Shown here: positions 29,711 to 39,987 of the stretch, piece by piece
How the letters are laid out: every line of letters starts with the position of its first letter
Numbering within the stretch: position 1 is the stretch's first letter
DNA from: Myxococcales bacterium
GTDB lineage: Bacteria > Myxococcota_A > UBA9042 > JABWCM01 > BTVJ01
NCBI GenBank assembly: GCA_045863395.1
Contig: BTVJ01000020.1
Coordinates: forward strand, 1 to 64,000
Direction of reading: 5' to 3'
DNA length: 64,000 nt
Notes under the pieces: generated by a model
The model's database searches: none
Seen by the model: the letters and a program-made list of their open reading frames with translations, nothing else
What the model was told of the DNA's origin: nothing
Made by a program: the position numbers and the translations under genes

Positions 29711-31108
29711 ATGGTTCACGCACCCGCCGAGGCGAAGCAGCAGGTCCTCTCGACGCTGAACCGGGACGGCTCGCGGCGGTGGATGCAGCCGCGGCTGTCG
29801 CCCGGGCGCTTCTGGAGGAGGCGGGCCGCGACCGCCTGGGCGCTGATCGCCCTGTTCGTGCTGCTCCCCTACATCCAGATCAACGGCAAGCCACTGGTGC
29901 TGCTGGACCTGCCACGGCGTCACTTCACGCTCTTCGGCACGACGTTCCTGCCGACGGACACCGTGATGCTCATGTTGCTCGGCGTGAGCATCGTGCTCAC
30001 CGTGTTCCTGCTGACGGCCCTGTTCGGGCGCGTCTGGTGCGGCTGGGCCTGCCCCCAGACCGTCTACATGGAGTTCCTGTTCCGCCCCATCGAGCGCCTG
30101 TTCGAGGGCGCCCCGGGACGCCGCTCGCGACTGGAGCGCCTCGCCCCTGGCGTCCGGCGCGCTCTGAAGCTGGGCGTCTTCGCCGTGCTCTCACTGTTCC
30201 TCGCCCACGTCTTCCTGTCTTACTTCGTTGGGGTCGACCAGCTCGCGCAGTGGGTGCGGCGCTCACCCTTCGAGCACCCGACGTCCTTCCTGGTCATGGC
30301 GGGTACGAGCCTGCTGATCTTCCTGGACTTCACCTGGTTCCGCGAACAGACCTGCGTCGTCGCGTGCCCATACGGGCGCCTTCAGTCCGTGCTGCTCGAC
30401 CGCAAGTCCCTGATCGTCGGCTACGACTATGGCCGGGGCGAGCCCCGCGGCAAGATCGCCAAGTCCGCCGACCGGGCGGCCGGCGACTGCGTGGACTGCC
30501 GGGCCTGCGTGACCACCTGCCCCACCGGGATCGACATCCGCGAGGGCCTGCAGATGGAGTGCATCCACTGCACCCAGTGCATGGACGCCTGCGACGCCAT
30601 CATGCGAAAGGTGGGCCGCCCCGAGCGCCTGATCCGCTACTCGTCACAGGACGAGCTGGCGGGCCAGGGCACGAAGATGCTGCGGACGAGGGTCATCCTC
30701 TACCCGCTGGCGGTCATCGTCGTGGTGGGCCTGCTGGTCTGGCAGCTCGCGACGAAGACCACGGCCGACGTGATGATCCTGCGCGGCATCGGGAGCCCGT
30801 ACAGCGTGCTCCAGACGGGGGAGGTGTCCAACTCCATCCGCGTGAAGATCACGAACCGCTCCGACCGGGACCAGAGCTACTCCATCGCGCTCCGCGGCAT
30901 GGACGAGGCGCGCATCGTCGCCCCTTCCAACCCGCTGCGGGTCGCAGCCGATGCTACGGAGACCGCCAACGTGTTCGTGATCACGCCGACCGGCGCGCTC
31001 CTGGGCGGAAGCGTGGACGTCCGCTTCCATGTGACGGACGGCGCGAAGCTCGACGTGGAGCTCCCCTACAAGCTGCTCGGGCCCGAGACCGGCGGAGGTG
31101 CCCCATGA
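29711..31108 (+). CDS. ccoG: Cytochrome c oxidase accessory ferredoxin CcoG/FixG
   Basis: GRVWCGWACPQ, CPYGRLQ, CVDCRACVTTCP, CIHCTQCMDAC. Confidence 0.95.
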   Translation: MVHAPAEAKQQVLSTLNRDGSRRWMQPRLSPGRFWRRRAATAWALIALFVLLPYIQINGKPLVLLDLPRRHFTLFGTTFLPTDTVMLMLLGVSIVLTVFLLTALFGRVWCGWACPQTVYMEFLFRPIERLFEGAPGRRSRLERLAPGVRRALKLGVFAVLSLFLAHVFLSYFVGVDQLAQWVRRSPFEHPTSFLVMAGTSLLIFLDFTWFREQTCVVACPYGRLQSVLLDRKSLIVGYDYGRGEPRGKIAKSADRAAGDCVDCRACVTTCPTGIDIREGLQMECIHCTQCMDACDAIMRKVGRPERLIRYSSQDELAGQGTKMLRTRVILYPLAVIVVVGLLVWQLATKTTADVMILRGIGSPYSVLQTGEVSNSIRVKITNRSDRDQSYSIALRGMDEARIVAPSNPLRVAADATETANVFVITPTGALLGGSVDVRFHVTDGAKLDVELPYKLLGPETGGGAP

Positions 31109-31617
31109 TGCGGAGACCATGGTTCTGGCCGGGATTCATCGTCGGTCTCTTGCTTCTGGGGGTGGTCGCCAACGTCACGCTGCTGGTGATCGCGAGCAAC
31201 GACCCGTCCTTCTCCGTGGAGCCCGATTACTACCAGAAGGCCCTCGACTGGGACCAGACAATGGCCCAGGAGCGCGAGAACCAGCGCCTCGGCTGGGGGG
31301 CGTCCCTGGTCACCCTGCCGAGCCAGGACGGGATGCGCGTGGTCGCCCGGGTCACGGACCGCCTCGGGGCTGCCGTCGCCCCGGACGCACTCACGATCGA
31401 GGCATCCCACAACGCTCGGGGAGCGCACGTCCTGAGCGCGACCTTCTCACGCCACGGCGACGGGACCTACGTGGCCGAGATGCCCATCCGGCGCCCCGGG
31501 CTGTGGCAGTTCCGCCTGGCCGCTGTGCGGGGTGCGGAGCGCTTCACGCAGACCATCTCACAAGACGTGCTCCCCGAAGTGCGGGCGCAGGCTGCCGGGA
31601 GCGGAGCCGGGACGTGA
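31105..31617 (+). CDS. ccoH: FixH/CcoH family protein
   Basis: N-terminal TM and VEPDYYQKALDW motif; ATGA overlap with ccoG. Confidence 0.85.
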   Translation: MMRRPWFWPGFIVGLLLLGVVANVTLLVIASNDPSFSVEPDYYQKALDWDQTMAQERENQRLGWGASLVTLPSQDGMRVVARVTDRLGAAVAPDALTIEASHNARGAHVLSATFSRHGDGTYVAEMPIRRPGLWQFRLAAVRGAERFTQTISQDVLPEVRAQAAGSGAGT

Positions 31618-32351
31618 GCGCGCTCATCGGGTCGGTCACCATCGCGAGCATCTTGGGGAGCCTTCACTGCATGGGCATGTGCGGCGGCCTCGTCGCCTTC
31701 TGGGCAGGAACCGACCGGAGCCGCGGGCGCGCTCGCCTCGGTGGCCTCGTCGCCTATAACGGGGCGCGCGCCTCCATCTACGTCACGCTGGGGCTCGTCG
31801 CGGGCGGCATCGGCGCCGCCGTGGACGTGGCAGGCGAGGCCGCCGGGCTCCAGCGAGCGGCGGCCGTGCTCGCTGGGTCGACCATGGTCGCCTGGGGGGT
31901 CATCGCGCTGCTCAGGGTCCTCGGCGTTCGCCTGGGGAGCCTGGGCGTCCCCGACGGCCTGCGGCGCGCCACCACCCGGGTCATCGGCGCCCTGCGAGGC
32001 CACCACCCCGTCCTCCGCGCGGCGGCCATGGGGCTGCTCACGGCGATCCTCCCGTGCGGCTGGCTCTATGCCTTCGTGATCACCGCAGCCGGCGCTGGAT
32101 CTGCGCTCGGAGGCGCAGCGGTCATGGCCGCCTTCTGGGCGGGCACCCTCCCCGTCCTGGTCGGCCTTGGCGCCGGTCTCCAGGCCGTGTCTGCCCCCCT
32201 CCGTCGCCACCTGCCCGCGGTGACCGCGGTGGCGCTGGTGGTGGTCGGCCTGCTCTCCATCGTGGGTCGCGCCGGGATCGAGATGCCCTCTGCTCGCGCC
32301 AGCCACACAGCCAGCGTCCCGAGCGACGCTCCGTGCCATGGCCCACGCTGA
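31614..32351 (+). CDS. Sulfite exporter TauE/SafE / DsbD_2-like membrane protein of cco clusters
   Basis: GSLHCMGMCGG, YNGAR..Y, LPCGWLY, FWAGTLP. Confidence 0.88.
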   Translation: MSALIGSVTIASILGSLHCMGMCGGLVAFWAGTDRSRGRARLGGLVAYNGARASIYVTLGLVAGGIGAAVDVAGEAAGLQRAAAVLAGSTMVAWGVIALLRVLGVRLGSLGVPDGLRRATTRVIGALRGHHPVLRAAAMGLLTAILPCGWLYAFVITAAGAGSALGGAAVMAAFWAGTLPVLVGLGAGLQAVSAPLRRHLPAVTAVALVVVGLLSIVGRAGIEMPSARASHTASVPSDAPCHGPR

Positions 32352-34791
32352 CGCGACCGGGGCGGGGCAGGCGCGCTCGATGGAGGCCACCTGCTGCACC
32401 CACTGCGGCCTCCCGGTGCCCGCCGGGCTCGTGGTCCCGAACGCGACCGACCAGTTCTGCTGCGAGGGCTGCCGCACGGTGTGGTTCGTGCTGCACGACA
32501 ACGGCCTCGACCGCTACTACGACTTCGTGGAGCAGCGGGGCGAGACGGTGCGCCCCGCGAAGACCACCGCCAAGAGCTACGCAGAGCTCGACGACCCTGC
32601 CTTCACCGAGCTCTACACGCGGACAACGGAGAGCGGCCTGCGGACAGTCGAGCTCTACCTGGAGGGGGTGCACTGCTCGGCGTGCGTGTGGCTCGTGGAG
32701 AAGATCCCGGGCGTCATGGGGGGCGTCGCGAGTGTGCGCCTCGACCTCCGCCGCTCGCTGGCGGAGGTGACGTGGGACCCCGGTACCACCCCCCTCAGCT
32801 CCATCGCACGCTTCCTCGACTCCCTCGGCTACCCGCCGCGCCCCTACCGCGGCGTGAAGGTGCGAGAGCTGCGCCGCCAGGAGGACCGCGCGCTCCTGGT
32901 GCGCATCGGCGTCGCTGGGGCGGCGGCGGGCAACGTCATGCTCATGGCCTTCGCGCTCTACGGCGGCATGTTCGAGGGGATGGAGGCGGAGTACCGCCGC
33001 CTGTTCCACTGGGCGAGCATGGCCATCACGCTCCCGGCGGCGGTGTGGGCGGGCTCGGTCTTCTTCCGAGGCGCCTGGGCCGCGCTGCGCACCCGCACGC
33101 TCCACATGGACCTCCCCATCGCCATCGGGCTCGGCGCCGGCCTGGTGGGGGGCACGGTCAACACGCTGCGCGGAACGGGCGACATCTACTTCGACTCGGT
33201 GGCCGTCCTGGTCTTCCTCCTGCTGGTGGGGCGCTGGATTCAGAACAGGCAACAGCGGGCCGCCAATGACGCCGCCGAGCTGCTCTACTCCCTCGCGCCG
33301 TCCACGGCGCGGGTCATCGCTGGAGACGGCGTCCGCGAGGTGCCCATCGAGGCCCTGCTGCCGGGGACGCTCGTCGAGATCCGCGCCTGTGACTCGGTGC
33401 CGGCCGACGGGATCATCGCGTCCGGGACTACTGAGGTGGATGCGTCCCTGTTGACCGGCGAGTCCCGCCCCATTCGCGCCGGCGAGGGCGACCGGGTCCA
33501 CGCAGGCACCGTCAACCTCTCGGCCCGCGTCGTCGTGCGCGTGGAGGAGGCCGGCGAGCGCACCCGGGTCGGTCGCCTGATGCAGCTCGTCGAGGAGGGC
33601 TCACGGCGCCGCGCCCCCATCGTCCGCATGGCGGACCGCATCTCCGGGGTGTTCGTCGCGGCGATCCTCACGCTGGCGGCGACCACGGTGCTGCTGTGGT
33701 GGCGCGTCGACCCGTCGTTGGCCGTGGACCACGCCATCGCCCTGCTGATCGTCACCTGCCCCTGCGCCCTGGGCCTGGCGACTCCCCTCGCCGTGTCGGT
33801 CGCCATCGGCCGCGCCGCACAAGCGGGGATGCTGATCAAAGGCGGCGACGCCCTGGAGCGCATGGCCCGCGGGGGCCAGATCTACCTGGACAAGACGGGC
33901 ACCCTCACCGAGGGCCGCACCGCCCTCGTCCAGTGGCTGGGAGACCGCACGGTGGAGCCCCTCGTCCGTGCGCTGGAGGCGGAGTCATCGCACCCCGTCG
34001 CGCGTGCGATCCTTGCGGCGTCCGAGGCTCCCGTGAGCCCTCCCGTCCTGGCGGACGTCACCCAGACCACCGGCGGAGGCATCGAGGGGAGGGTCGGTGG
34101 ACGGAGCGTCGTCATTGGGTCGCCGGCCTTCGTGGCCGCACGGGCCGGCGCGAGCCCGTGGCTGGACGAGAGCGTCGCGACCTTGACCCAGGAGGCCCTG
34201 ACGCCGGTCGCGGTTGCCGTCGATGGGCACGTCGTCGCTGCCCTCGGCTTTGGCGACCCGGTACGCCCCGAAGCCCGCGGGACGGTGGAAGCCCTCCAGG
34301 CCCGCGGCTTCACGGTGGGGATCCTCTCGGGAGACCACCCCGAGGTAGCGCAAAGCGTCGGGCGCGCCCTCGGCCTGCCCCCCGACGCCTGCCGTGGCGC
34401 CTGCTCCCCCGAGGACAAGCTCCTGGCCGTGGAGAAGGCGGCAACCCGCGGCCCGGTCATCATGGTCGGCGACGGCGTCAACGACGCGGCGGCGCTGTCG
34501 GCAGCCTCCGTCGGCGTGGCGGTCCACGGCGGCGCAGAGGCGAGCCTCGCCACCGCCGACGTCTATCTCACGCGCCCGGGCCTGCTGCCACTGGCCACGC
34601 TCATCGACGGGGCGCGCCGGACGGTGGGCGTCATCCGGCGCAACCTGGCGTTCTCGCTCTGCTACAATGTGGTCGGTGTCGCGCTCTGCCTGGCGGGGCT
34701 CATCGACCCGCTGCTGGCCGCGATCATGATGCCCGTCAGCTCGCTGACCGTGCTGACCAGCTCGTTCCGAGCGCGGACGTTCCCGAGGTAA
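32338..34791 (+). CDS. ccoI: Heavy-metal (Cu) P1B-type ATPase CcoI/FixI
   Basis: N-terminal CxHC..FCCxGC, HCSAC, TGES, CPC, DKTGT, GDGVND. Confidence 0.95.
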   Translation: MAHADATGAGQARSMEATCCTHCGLPVPAGLVVPNATDQFCCEGCRTVWFVLHDNGLDRYYDFVEQRGETVRPAKTTAKSYAELDDPAFTELYTRTTESGLRTVELYLEGVHCSACVWLVEKIPGVMGGVASVRLDLRRSLAEVTWDPGTTPLSSIARFLDSLGYPPRPYRGVKVRELRRQEDRALLVRIGVAGAAAGNVMLMAFALYGGMFEGMEAEYRRLFHWASMAITLPAAVWAGSVFFRGAWAALRTRTLHMDLPIAIGLGAGLVGGTVNTLRGTGDIYFDSVAVLVFLLLVGRWIQNRQQRAANDAAELLYSLAPSTARVIAGDGVREVPIEALLPGTLVEIRACDSVPADGIIASGTTEVDASLLTGESRPIRAGEGDRVHAGTVNLSARVVVRVEEAGERTRVGRLMQLVEEGSRRRAPIVRMADRISGVFVAAILTLAATTVLLWWRVDPSLAVDHAIALLIVTCPCALGLATPLAVSVAIGRAAQAGMLIKGGDALERMARGGQIYLDKTGTLTEGRTALVQWLGDRTVEPLVRALEAESSHPVARAILAASEAPVSPPVLADVTQTTGGGIEGRVGGRSVVIGSPAFVAARAGASPWLDESVATLTQEALTPVAVAVDGHVVAALGFGDPVRPEARGTVEALQARGFTVGILSGDHPEVAQSVGRALGLPPDACRGACSPEDKLLAVEKAATRGPVIMVGDGVNDAAALSAASVGVAVHGGAEASLATADVYLTRPGLLPLATLIDGARRTVGVIRRNLAFSLCYNVVGVALCLAGLIDPLLAAIMMPVSSLTVLTSSFRARTFPR

Positions 34792-34796
34792 GGCGG

Positions 34797-34964
34797 ATGT
34801 CGGTCATCTACATCGTGCTCCCCCTGGCGCTGCTCTTCGCGGCGGGGACCGTGGCGATCTTTGCGGTCTCGGTGCGGCGAGGCCAGTTCGACGACCTGGA
34901 CACGCCAGGCGAGCGCATCCTTCACGACGAGGAGCCAACGCAGGATCGTGGAGGACAGAAATAG
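34797..34964 (+). CDS. ccoS: cbb3 oxidase assembly protein CcoS
   Basis: MSVIYIVLPLAL..GQFDDLDTPGERIL signature. Confidence 0.92.
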   Translation: MSVIYIVLPLALLFAAGTVAIFAVSVRRGQFDDLDTPGERILHDEEPTQDRGGQK

Positions 34965-35111
34965 CGACAGCCGTCGCCGGTGTTTGGCAGTACACGAGGG
35001 GCCACGGGGGTGGTACATTTGCGCCACACCGCCGCTCAAGCGACGCCAGCTCCCGGGTAGCACCGAGCAACCCGGGGCTACACCGCGTCCAGTGGTGGCC
35101 GGAGCCACACC

Positions 35112-37298
35112 ATGGCCGACATCGCCCCGAGGATGGACCTCCCCGCCTACGTGAAGCAGGCCGAGCTGTCGCCGGAGGAGGCAGCCCAGCGCCAGCTCCT
35201 GGTCTCGTTCTGCTTGACCTTGGCGCGTGCCATCCTCCAGAACAGCTACTACTCACCGGACCACCCGCAAGCCCGCAAGGTGGCGGAGGAGCCCTTCCAG
35301 CAGCTCAAGCAGCTCGGAGCCTTCTGGGACGAGATCACCTTCCTGAACACCTCCTACCAGGAGACCGAGAGCATCGCCCTCGACGGCGTATACCAGGAGC
35401 CCGTGCCCCTGGAGGTGCTCATCGGGGGACCGGCGGGCGAGCACTTCGCGGGGAAGCTCCTGAGCTTCTCCAAGCGCAACCGGCTGGTCTCCTTCAGCAT
35501 CAAGAACCTGATTCGCGAGGACGAGTTCCACCGCTTCATCGGCGTGTTCGTCGAGCGTCACATCGACATGGACTCGTTGCTCCGGTTCGACGACCGCGCC
35601 GACGAGGTCCGCAACCAGCGCCGCTTCACCGAGTCCCTCATCGAGCACAACGTGGTCAACGTCACCATCGTGCTCGAGGACGACCTGGTCGACGACCGGC
35701 GGCGCCTCCCCTGGCGGGTCAAGGTGGCCATCTCGAGGCTCCGCAAGGACCTGCGCCACATCCCGCTCTACAGCAAGTCGACCGACGCGGAGCTTCGCGA
35801 GGCGAAGATCCGCCTGATCAGCGACATCCTCCGGCCCCTCTCCAAGGGCATCTTCCTCAAGCAGCTCATGCTCAACCTGGATCTGATCGCGGAGGAGGTC
35901 GCCGAGTTCCATGGCCTGGACCTGGAGCCCGATCTCATCGACGCCCTCCCCATCGACCGACAGGCGCTCCTCGCCGAGGCGCTCCTCGTCGAGCACGAGC
36001 GGCGCGCGCGGCCAAGCCTCCAGGAGCGCGGTCCAGAGCAGCGTCCGGACCTGGAGGAGACCATCGACCGCCTGCTGCTGCTCATCGGCATGCGGCTCGC
36101 CCAGCACGCAGAGGTCCAGGTCGCGGACACCCTGCTGCGGCAGCTCCACGACCACGGGGCGGTGCCGCTGAGCTGCCTGCCACGCGCCATGCAGGTCCAG
36201 ATCCGCATGGATCGGTGGACCAGCGCCTTCCTGCGAGACACCGGGTCATTCCTGAAGCTCTTCGATCAGGTGGAGAGCCCGGACGCCTACCTGCAGCACC
36301 TGCCGCACATCGTGGCGATCATCCCCAACCTCATTCGGATCGAGCGGTACGAGGACGCCAACCGCATCATCGAGACGCTGGCCGCCCACCGTCGCACCGA
36401 AGGAGGCTTCAAGGGACGCTCGGCCCTCGTGGTCGAGGCCCTGGGACGCCTCGACCAGCAGGAGATCGTCACCATGCTCGTCGAGGCCATGGAGACCAAG
36501 CCCCCGGAGGTGCGCGGCGCCGTGGGGCGGCTCTTCCTCGTCATGGGCGCCGCCGCCGTCGCGCCGCTGGTGCGGGTCATCGAGCAGGGTGATCGTGAGG
36601 ACGTGTGCAGCGACGCAGCCATGGCGCTGGTGCGCATCGGCCCGGAGGCCGTGGCTCCCATCACGGCGCTCCTCGAGACCCACAAGGTCGGCCGCCGGGC
36701 AACCCGCTACCTCCTGAAGGTGCTGGCCGAGCTGGGGGGGCGCGATGCAGGCCGCACCATCCTGGCCTATGCGCGGCACCCGGCGGGGCCGGTGCGGGCC
36801 GAGGCGCTCTCTACGCTCGCGCGGCTCTTCGGTGATCGGGCGGCGCGGGCGCTCGTCCCGGCGATGGAGGACCCGGACCCAGACGTGGCGAGCCGGGCGG
36901 TGCACCTGGTCGAGCGCGTGGGGCTCCGCGACGACGATACGATACTGAGGCTCCAGGCGCTGATCCGCCCCACCGAGGCTCCGCCCGAGGCGGCCCAGAT
37001 CGCGGCGGTCAGCGCACTCTCCAGGCTCGGCGAGCTGGAGCTCGGAGACGGCACGACCGCCGAGGATCTGATGATCGAGGCGTTCGAGCGCTTCGACCAG
37101 TCCAAGCTCACTGCCTTCCTCTACCGCGGCAAGGAAGGGCCCCATGACCGCGTGCGCATCGCGCTGTGCGACGGGCTCGTGGCCGTCGGCGGCCCGCAGG
37201 CGCTTACGCACCTCGAAGATCTCTCCACCGAGTCCAGCCCTGTGGTGCGTGAGCGGATGAAGCGCGCCGCCTCCGAGCTGCGGGCGCGCCTCGGGTAG
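35112..37298 (+). CDS. HEAT repeat domain protein
   Basis: N-terminal YSPDHP motif; C-terminal HEAT/PBS-like repeats (AAMALVRIG, VRAEALSTL, EDPDPDV). Confidence 0.8.
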   Translation: MADIAPRMDLPAYVKQAELSPEEAAQRQLLVSFCLTLARAILQNSYYSPDHPQARKVAEEPFQQLKQLGAFWDEITFLNTSYQETESIALDGVYQEPVPLEVLIGGPAGEHFAGKLLSFSKRNRLVSFSIKNLIREDEFHRFIGVFVERHIDMDSLLRFDDRADEVRNQRRFTESLIEHNVVNVTIVLEDDLVDDRRRLPWRVKVAISRLRKDLRHIPLYSKSTDAELREAKIRLISDILRPLSKGIFLKQLMLNLDLIAEEVAEFHGLDLEPDLIDALPIDRQALLAEALLVEHERRARPSLQERGPEQRPDLEETIDRLLLLIGMRLAQHAEVQVADTLLRQLHDHGAVPLSCLPRAMQVQIRMDRWTSAFLRDTGSFLKLFDQVESPDAYLQHLPHIVAIIPNLIRIERYEDANRIIETLAAHRRTEGGFKGRSALVVEALGRLDQQEIVTMLVEAMETKPPEVRGAVGRLFLVMGAAAVAPLVRVIEQGDREDVCSDAAMALVRIGPEAVAPITALLETHKVGRRATRYLLKVLAELGGRDAGRTILAYARHPAGPVRAEALSTLARLFGDRAARALVPAMEDPDPDVASRAVHLVERVGLRDDDTILRLQALIRPTEAPPEAAQIAAVSALSRLGELELGDGTTAEDLMIEAFERFDQSKLTAFLYRGKEGPHDRVRIALCDGLVAVGGPQALTHLEDLSTESSPVVRERMKRAASELRARLG

Positions 37299-37312
37299 CA
37301 GGGCCAGGTTGC

Positions 37313-38572
37313 TCACGGGCAGGGGGCCCCGCCGTTGGCTACCCTCTCCAGGAGCGCCGGGTCGTCCTCCAGGCGCCGCCGACTCCCTTGGGTCCAAGTG
37401 GGGAGGTCCGGCACCCCGTGCGCCAGGAGCAGATGCACGAGCGCCCGCGCATCTCCCCGCTGCTGCTCACACCGCGCGCGCTGATACAGGGCGACGAAGG
37501 TCTCGGAGGTCAGGCGCGCCACCGGGTCCGGAGCTGGTGGCGTCCAGCGCTGCACCGCCGACCGAGCCCAGAGGCCGCTGTCCCAGAGGCGAGCCGCGCT
37601 CTGACCGTCATCGCCGACGACCAGCACCGCGTGAGGCCCCGCGACGCAGACGTCCACCGCATGATCGTCCCGGACAATCCCGCGGGCCTCGGCCGCCTCC
37701 ACGTCCCACAGGAGCACCGACCCACTGCCGAACGCGACGGCGAGGAGGCCATCCCGCATGCTCAGCGCGGCGCACGGGCCGTCGAGCTCGATCCGCCCCC
37801 TCAGCCCCACTCCCGTGCCGTCCGGGTGCGGCGCCACACCCCAGAGCCACACCTGGCTCCCGCGACAGGCCGCCACGACATCGCCGCTGGCTGCGAGCGC
37901 GCTCGGGCCCCCGTCGTCGAACGGCCTCAGCCACGCCTCGGGGCGGGCCCCGGTCGCCCCCCACACGCGGACCCAGCCCGTGCGGTCCGCCGTGATCACG
38001 CGCCCGCGGGCGCCGAAGCCTACCGCCGTCACTGGCGCGCCGTGCTCCGCGAGCATCCTGACGAGCGCGCCGGTCCGACCATCGACGACGAGCACGGGGC
38101 CGGCGGCGCTCCGGGACCACACGGCAAGCTCGCGGCCGTCGGGGTGGACGGCCACCGCAAACGGCACCCGGAGGATCTCGGCGCCGGGCAGGGGCACGGC
38201 GCCGTCCCCCTCCAACTCCCGCAAGGAGGTGCCGTCGAGGAGCAGCAGGCTCCCCCGCAAGAGGACCACCTCCCCGCGCTGCGGTTGCAGTCGCTCCACA
38301 GGCCCCTCGGCGGTACGTCGGACCATGAGGGCGCCGCTCCCCTGCAGGAGGATGCTCTCGGTCGTGCCATCGACGGCGCAACGATCCACGGGCGCTGACT
38401 GCCCCAGGCGCTCGGGCGCCAACTGGGGCGCGACGACGTGGTCCGGGCGCGACAGGCTGGGTGTGCACCCCGCCGCGGCGACGTGGACGACAAGCGTGAG
38501 GGACCACGCCGCAAGCCCGCGACGCCTTTGACAATCCCACGTTGGTAGGGTAGTTGTGCGGCCGTCGCTCAT
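37313..38572 (-). CDS. WD40-like beta-propeller protein, probable lipoprotein (start uncertain)
   Basis: EHGAPVTAVGF..VRVW, VWLW, VLLWD, ARLWD repeats; AAAGC lipobox-like. Confidence 0.7.
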   Translation of the reverse strand: MSDGRTTTLPTWDCQRRRGLAAWSLTLVVHVAAAGCTPSLSRPDHVVAPQLAPERLGQSAPVDRCAVDGTTESILLQGSGALMVRRTAEGPVERLQPQRGEVVLLRGSLLLLDGTSLRELEGDGAVPLPGAEILRVPFAVAVHPDGRELAVWSRSAAGPVLVVDGRTGALVRMLAEHGAPVTAVGFGARGRVITADRTGWVRVWGATGARPEAWLRPFDDGGPSALAASGDVVAACRGSQVWLWGVAPHPDGTGVGLRGRIELDGPCAALSMRDGLLAVAFGSGSVLLWDVEAAEARGIVRDDHAVDVCVAGPHAVLVVGDDGQSAARLWDSGLWARSAVQRWTPPAPDPVARLTSETFVALYQRARCEQQRGDARALVHLLLAHGVPDLPTWTQGSRRRLEDDPALLERVANGGAPCP

Positions 38573-38590
38573 GCCCCGGAGGTCCTCCCC

Positions 38591-39751
38591 ATGCCCACAC
38601 TAGACGAGCTCCTGCGGACGCAGCGAACCATCGTGTGCGTCGGCTCGGGCGGCGTGGGCAAGACCACGACCTCCGCGGCGCTGGCGCTGAGAGCAGCCCG
38701 CCAGGGTCGCAAGGTGCTCGTCCTCACTGTGGACCCAGCCAGGCGCCTGGCCAACTCGTTGGGCATGCGGGAGCTCCTGAAGGAGGAGACCCGTGTCTCC
38801 CCAGAGCTCTTCGCAGAGGCGGGCATCCCCTGCACCGGGGAGCTGTGGGCGATGATGCTCGACACCAAGTCCACCTTCGACGGGCTGATTCAGCGACACG
38901 CGCCGGACCCCGTGACTCGCGACCGAATCCTCTCGAGCCCGTACTACCGCCAGCTCTCCACGGCCCTGGCCGGCAGCCAGGAGTACATGGCGATGGAGAA
39001 GCTCTACGAGATCCGCGGTCAGGGCAAGTATGATCTGATCATCCTCGACACGCCCCCGACCGATCACGCGCTGGACTTCCTGGACGCCCCGAATCGCATG
39101 GAGGACCTCATCGGCAGCGCCTCCTTCCGGCTCATGATGCAGGGGGCTCGCGTGGCGGGCCGCGCCGGGCTCGGGTTCCTGCGATTCAACACACTGATCC
39201 TCAAAGGTGTCGGCAAGTTCGTGGGCGCCGACACGTTCCTGAGCATCCTCGACTTCCTGACGAGCTTCGGCGAGATGACGACGGGCTTCAAGGAGCGTGC
39301 CGCCGAGGTAAAGAAGATCTTTCGCAGCCCGGGTGTGTCGTTCGTCGTGCTCTCTGGCCCCGACCCCTACACCATCGACGAGGGCCTCTTCTTCGCGCGG
39401 ACGCTCCAGGCAGAGCGCATGCCCCTGGGCGCCTTCGTGGTCAATCGGGTCCGCAAGCGCTTCCTGCCTCAGGACCTCCCGAACGACATCGAGGCCCGGG
39501 TCGCGACGGCCATGCTGGACGTGCAGGCGCTCCAGATCCACTCGGAGCAGATCGTCCGACGCATCTCCCAGAAGCTCGTCAGCGCGTGGCGGAACCACCG
39601 CACGTTGGTGGGTGCTGACGCCGCACAGGTGGAGCGGCTGCGGGCGGCGCTGGGCTCACCGACGCTGGTCCACACCGTTCCCTACTTCCCGCACGACGTC
39701 CACGACATCGGTGGGCTCCACACCTTCGAGACTCACCTGATGAGCGCCTGA
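38591..39751 (+). CDS. ArsA/Get3-family ATPase
   Basis: GSGGVGKTT Walker A, TVDPARRLANSLG, LDTPP, VVNR. Confidence 0.92.
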   Translation: MPTLDELLRTQRTIVCVGSGGVGKTTTSAALALRAARQGRKVLVLTVDPARRLANSLGMRELLKEETRVSPELFAEAGIPCTGELWAMMLDTKSTFDGLIQRHAPDPVTRDRILSSPYYRQLSTALAGSQEYMAMEKLYEIRGQGKYDLIILDTPPTDHALDFLDAPNRMEDLIGSASFRLMMQGARVAGRAGLGFLRFNTLILKGVGKFVGADTFLSILDFLTSFGEMTTGFKERAAEVKKIFRSPGVSFVVLSGPDPYTIDEGLFFARTLQAERMPLGAFVVNRVRKRFLPQDLPNDIEARVATAMLDVQALQIHSEQIVRRISQKLVSAWRNHRTLVGADAAQVERLRAALGSPTLVHTVPYFPHDVHDIGGLHTFETHLMSA

Positions 39752-39958
39752 GGCTCCTGCCGCTCCGCCCTCACGCCCCAGGTCGGCAGTACCGGGTCGA
39801 CGGCACGCCAGCTCCGACGCTGGGTCCAGCGCCAACGCCACGTCAAGCAGGGCCTCGTTCAGGTCGGGGAAGATCACCTCGCCGTCATCGCCGATGAGCA
39901 CATCGAGGACGAGGGCCTGCACCTTCTTCCCTCCGGGCGCCTCCACTCCGTCTGCCAC
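39656..39958 (-). CDS. Small hypothetical protein
   Basis: GAGGAGG RBS; protein-like core LDVLIGDDGEVIFPDLNEALLDVALALDP; tail overlaps the arsA-family 3' end. Confidence 0.55.
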   Translation of the reverse strand: MADGVEAPGGKKVQALVLDVLIGDDGEVIFPDLNEALLDVALALDPASELACRRPGTADLGREGGAAGASGAHQVSLEGVEPTDVVDVVREVGNGVDQRR

Positions 39959-39987
39959 CGCAACCTCCTCGGGCCCCTCCTGAGGGC

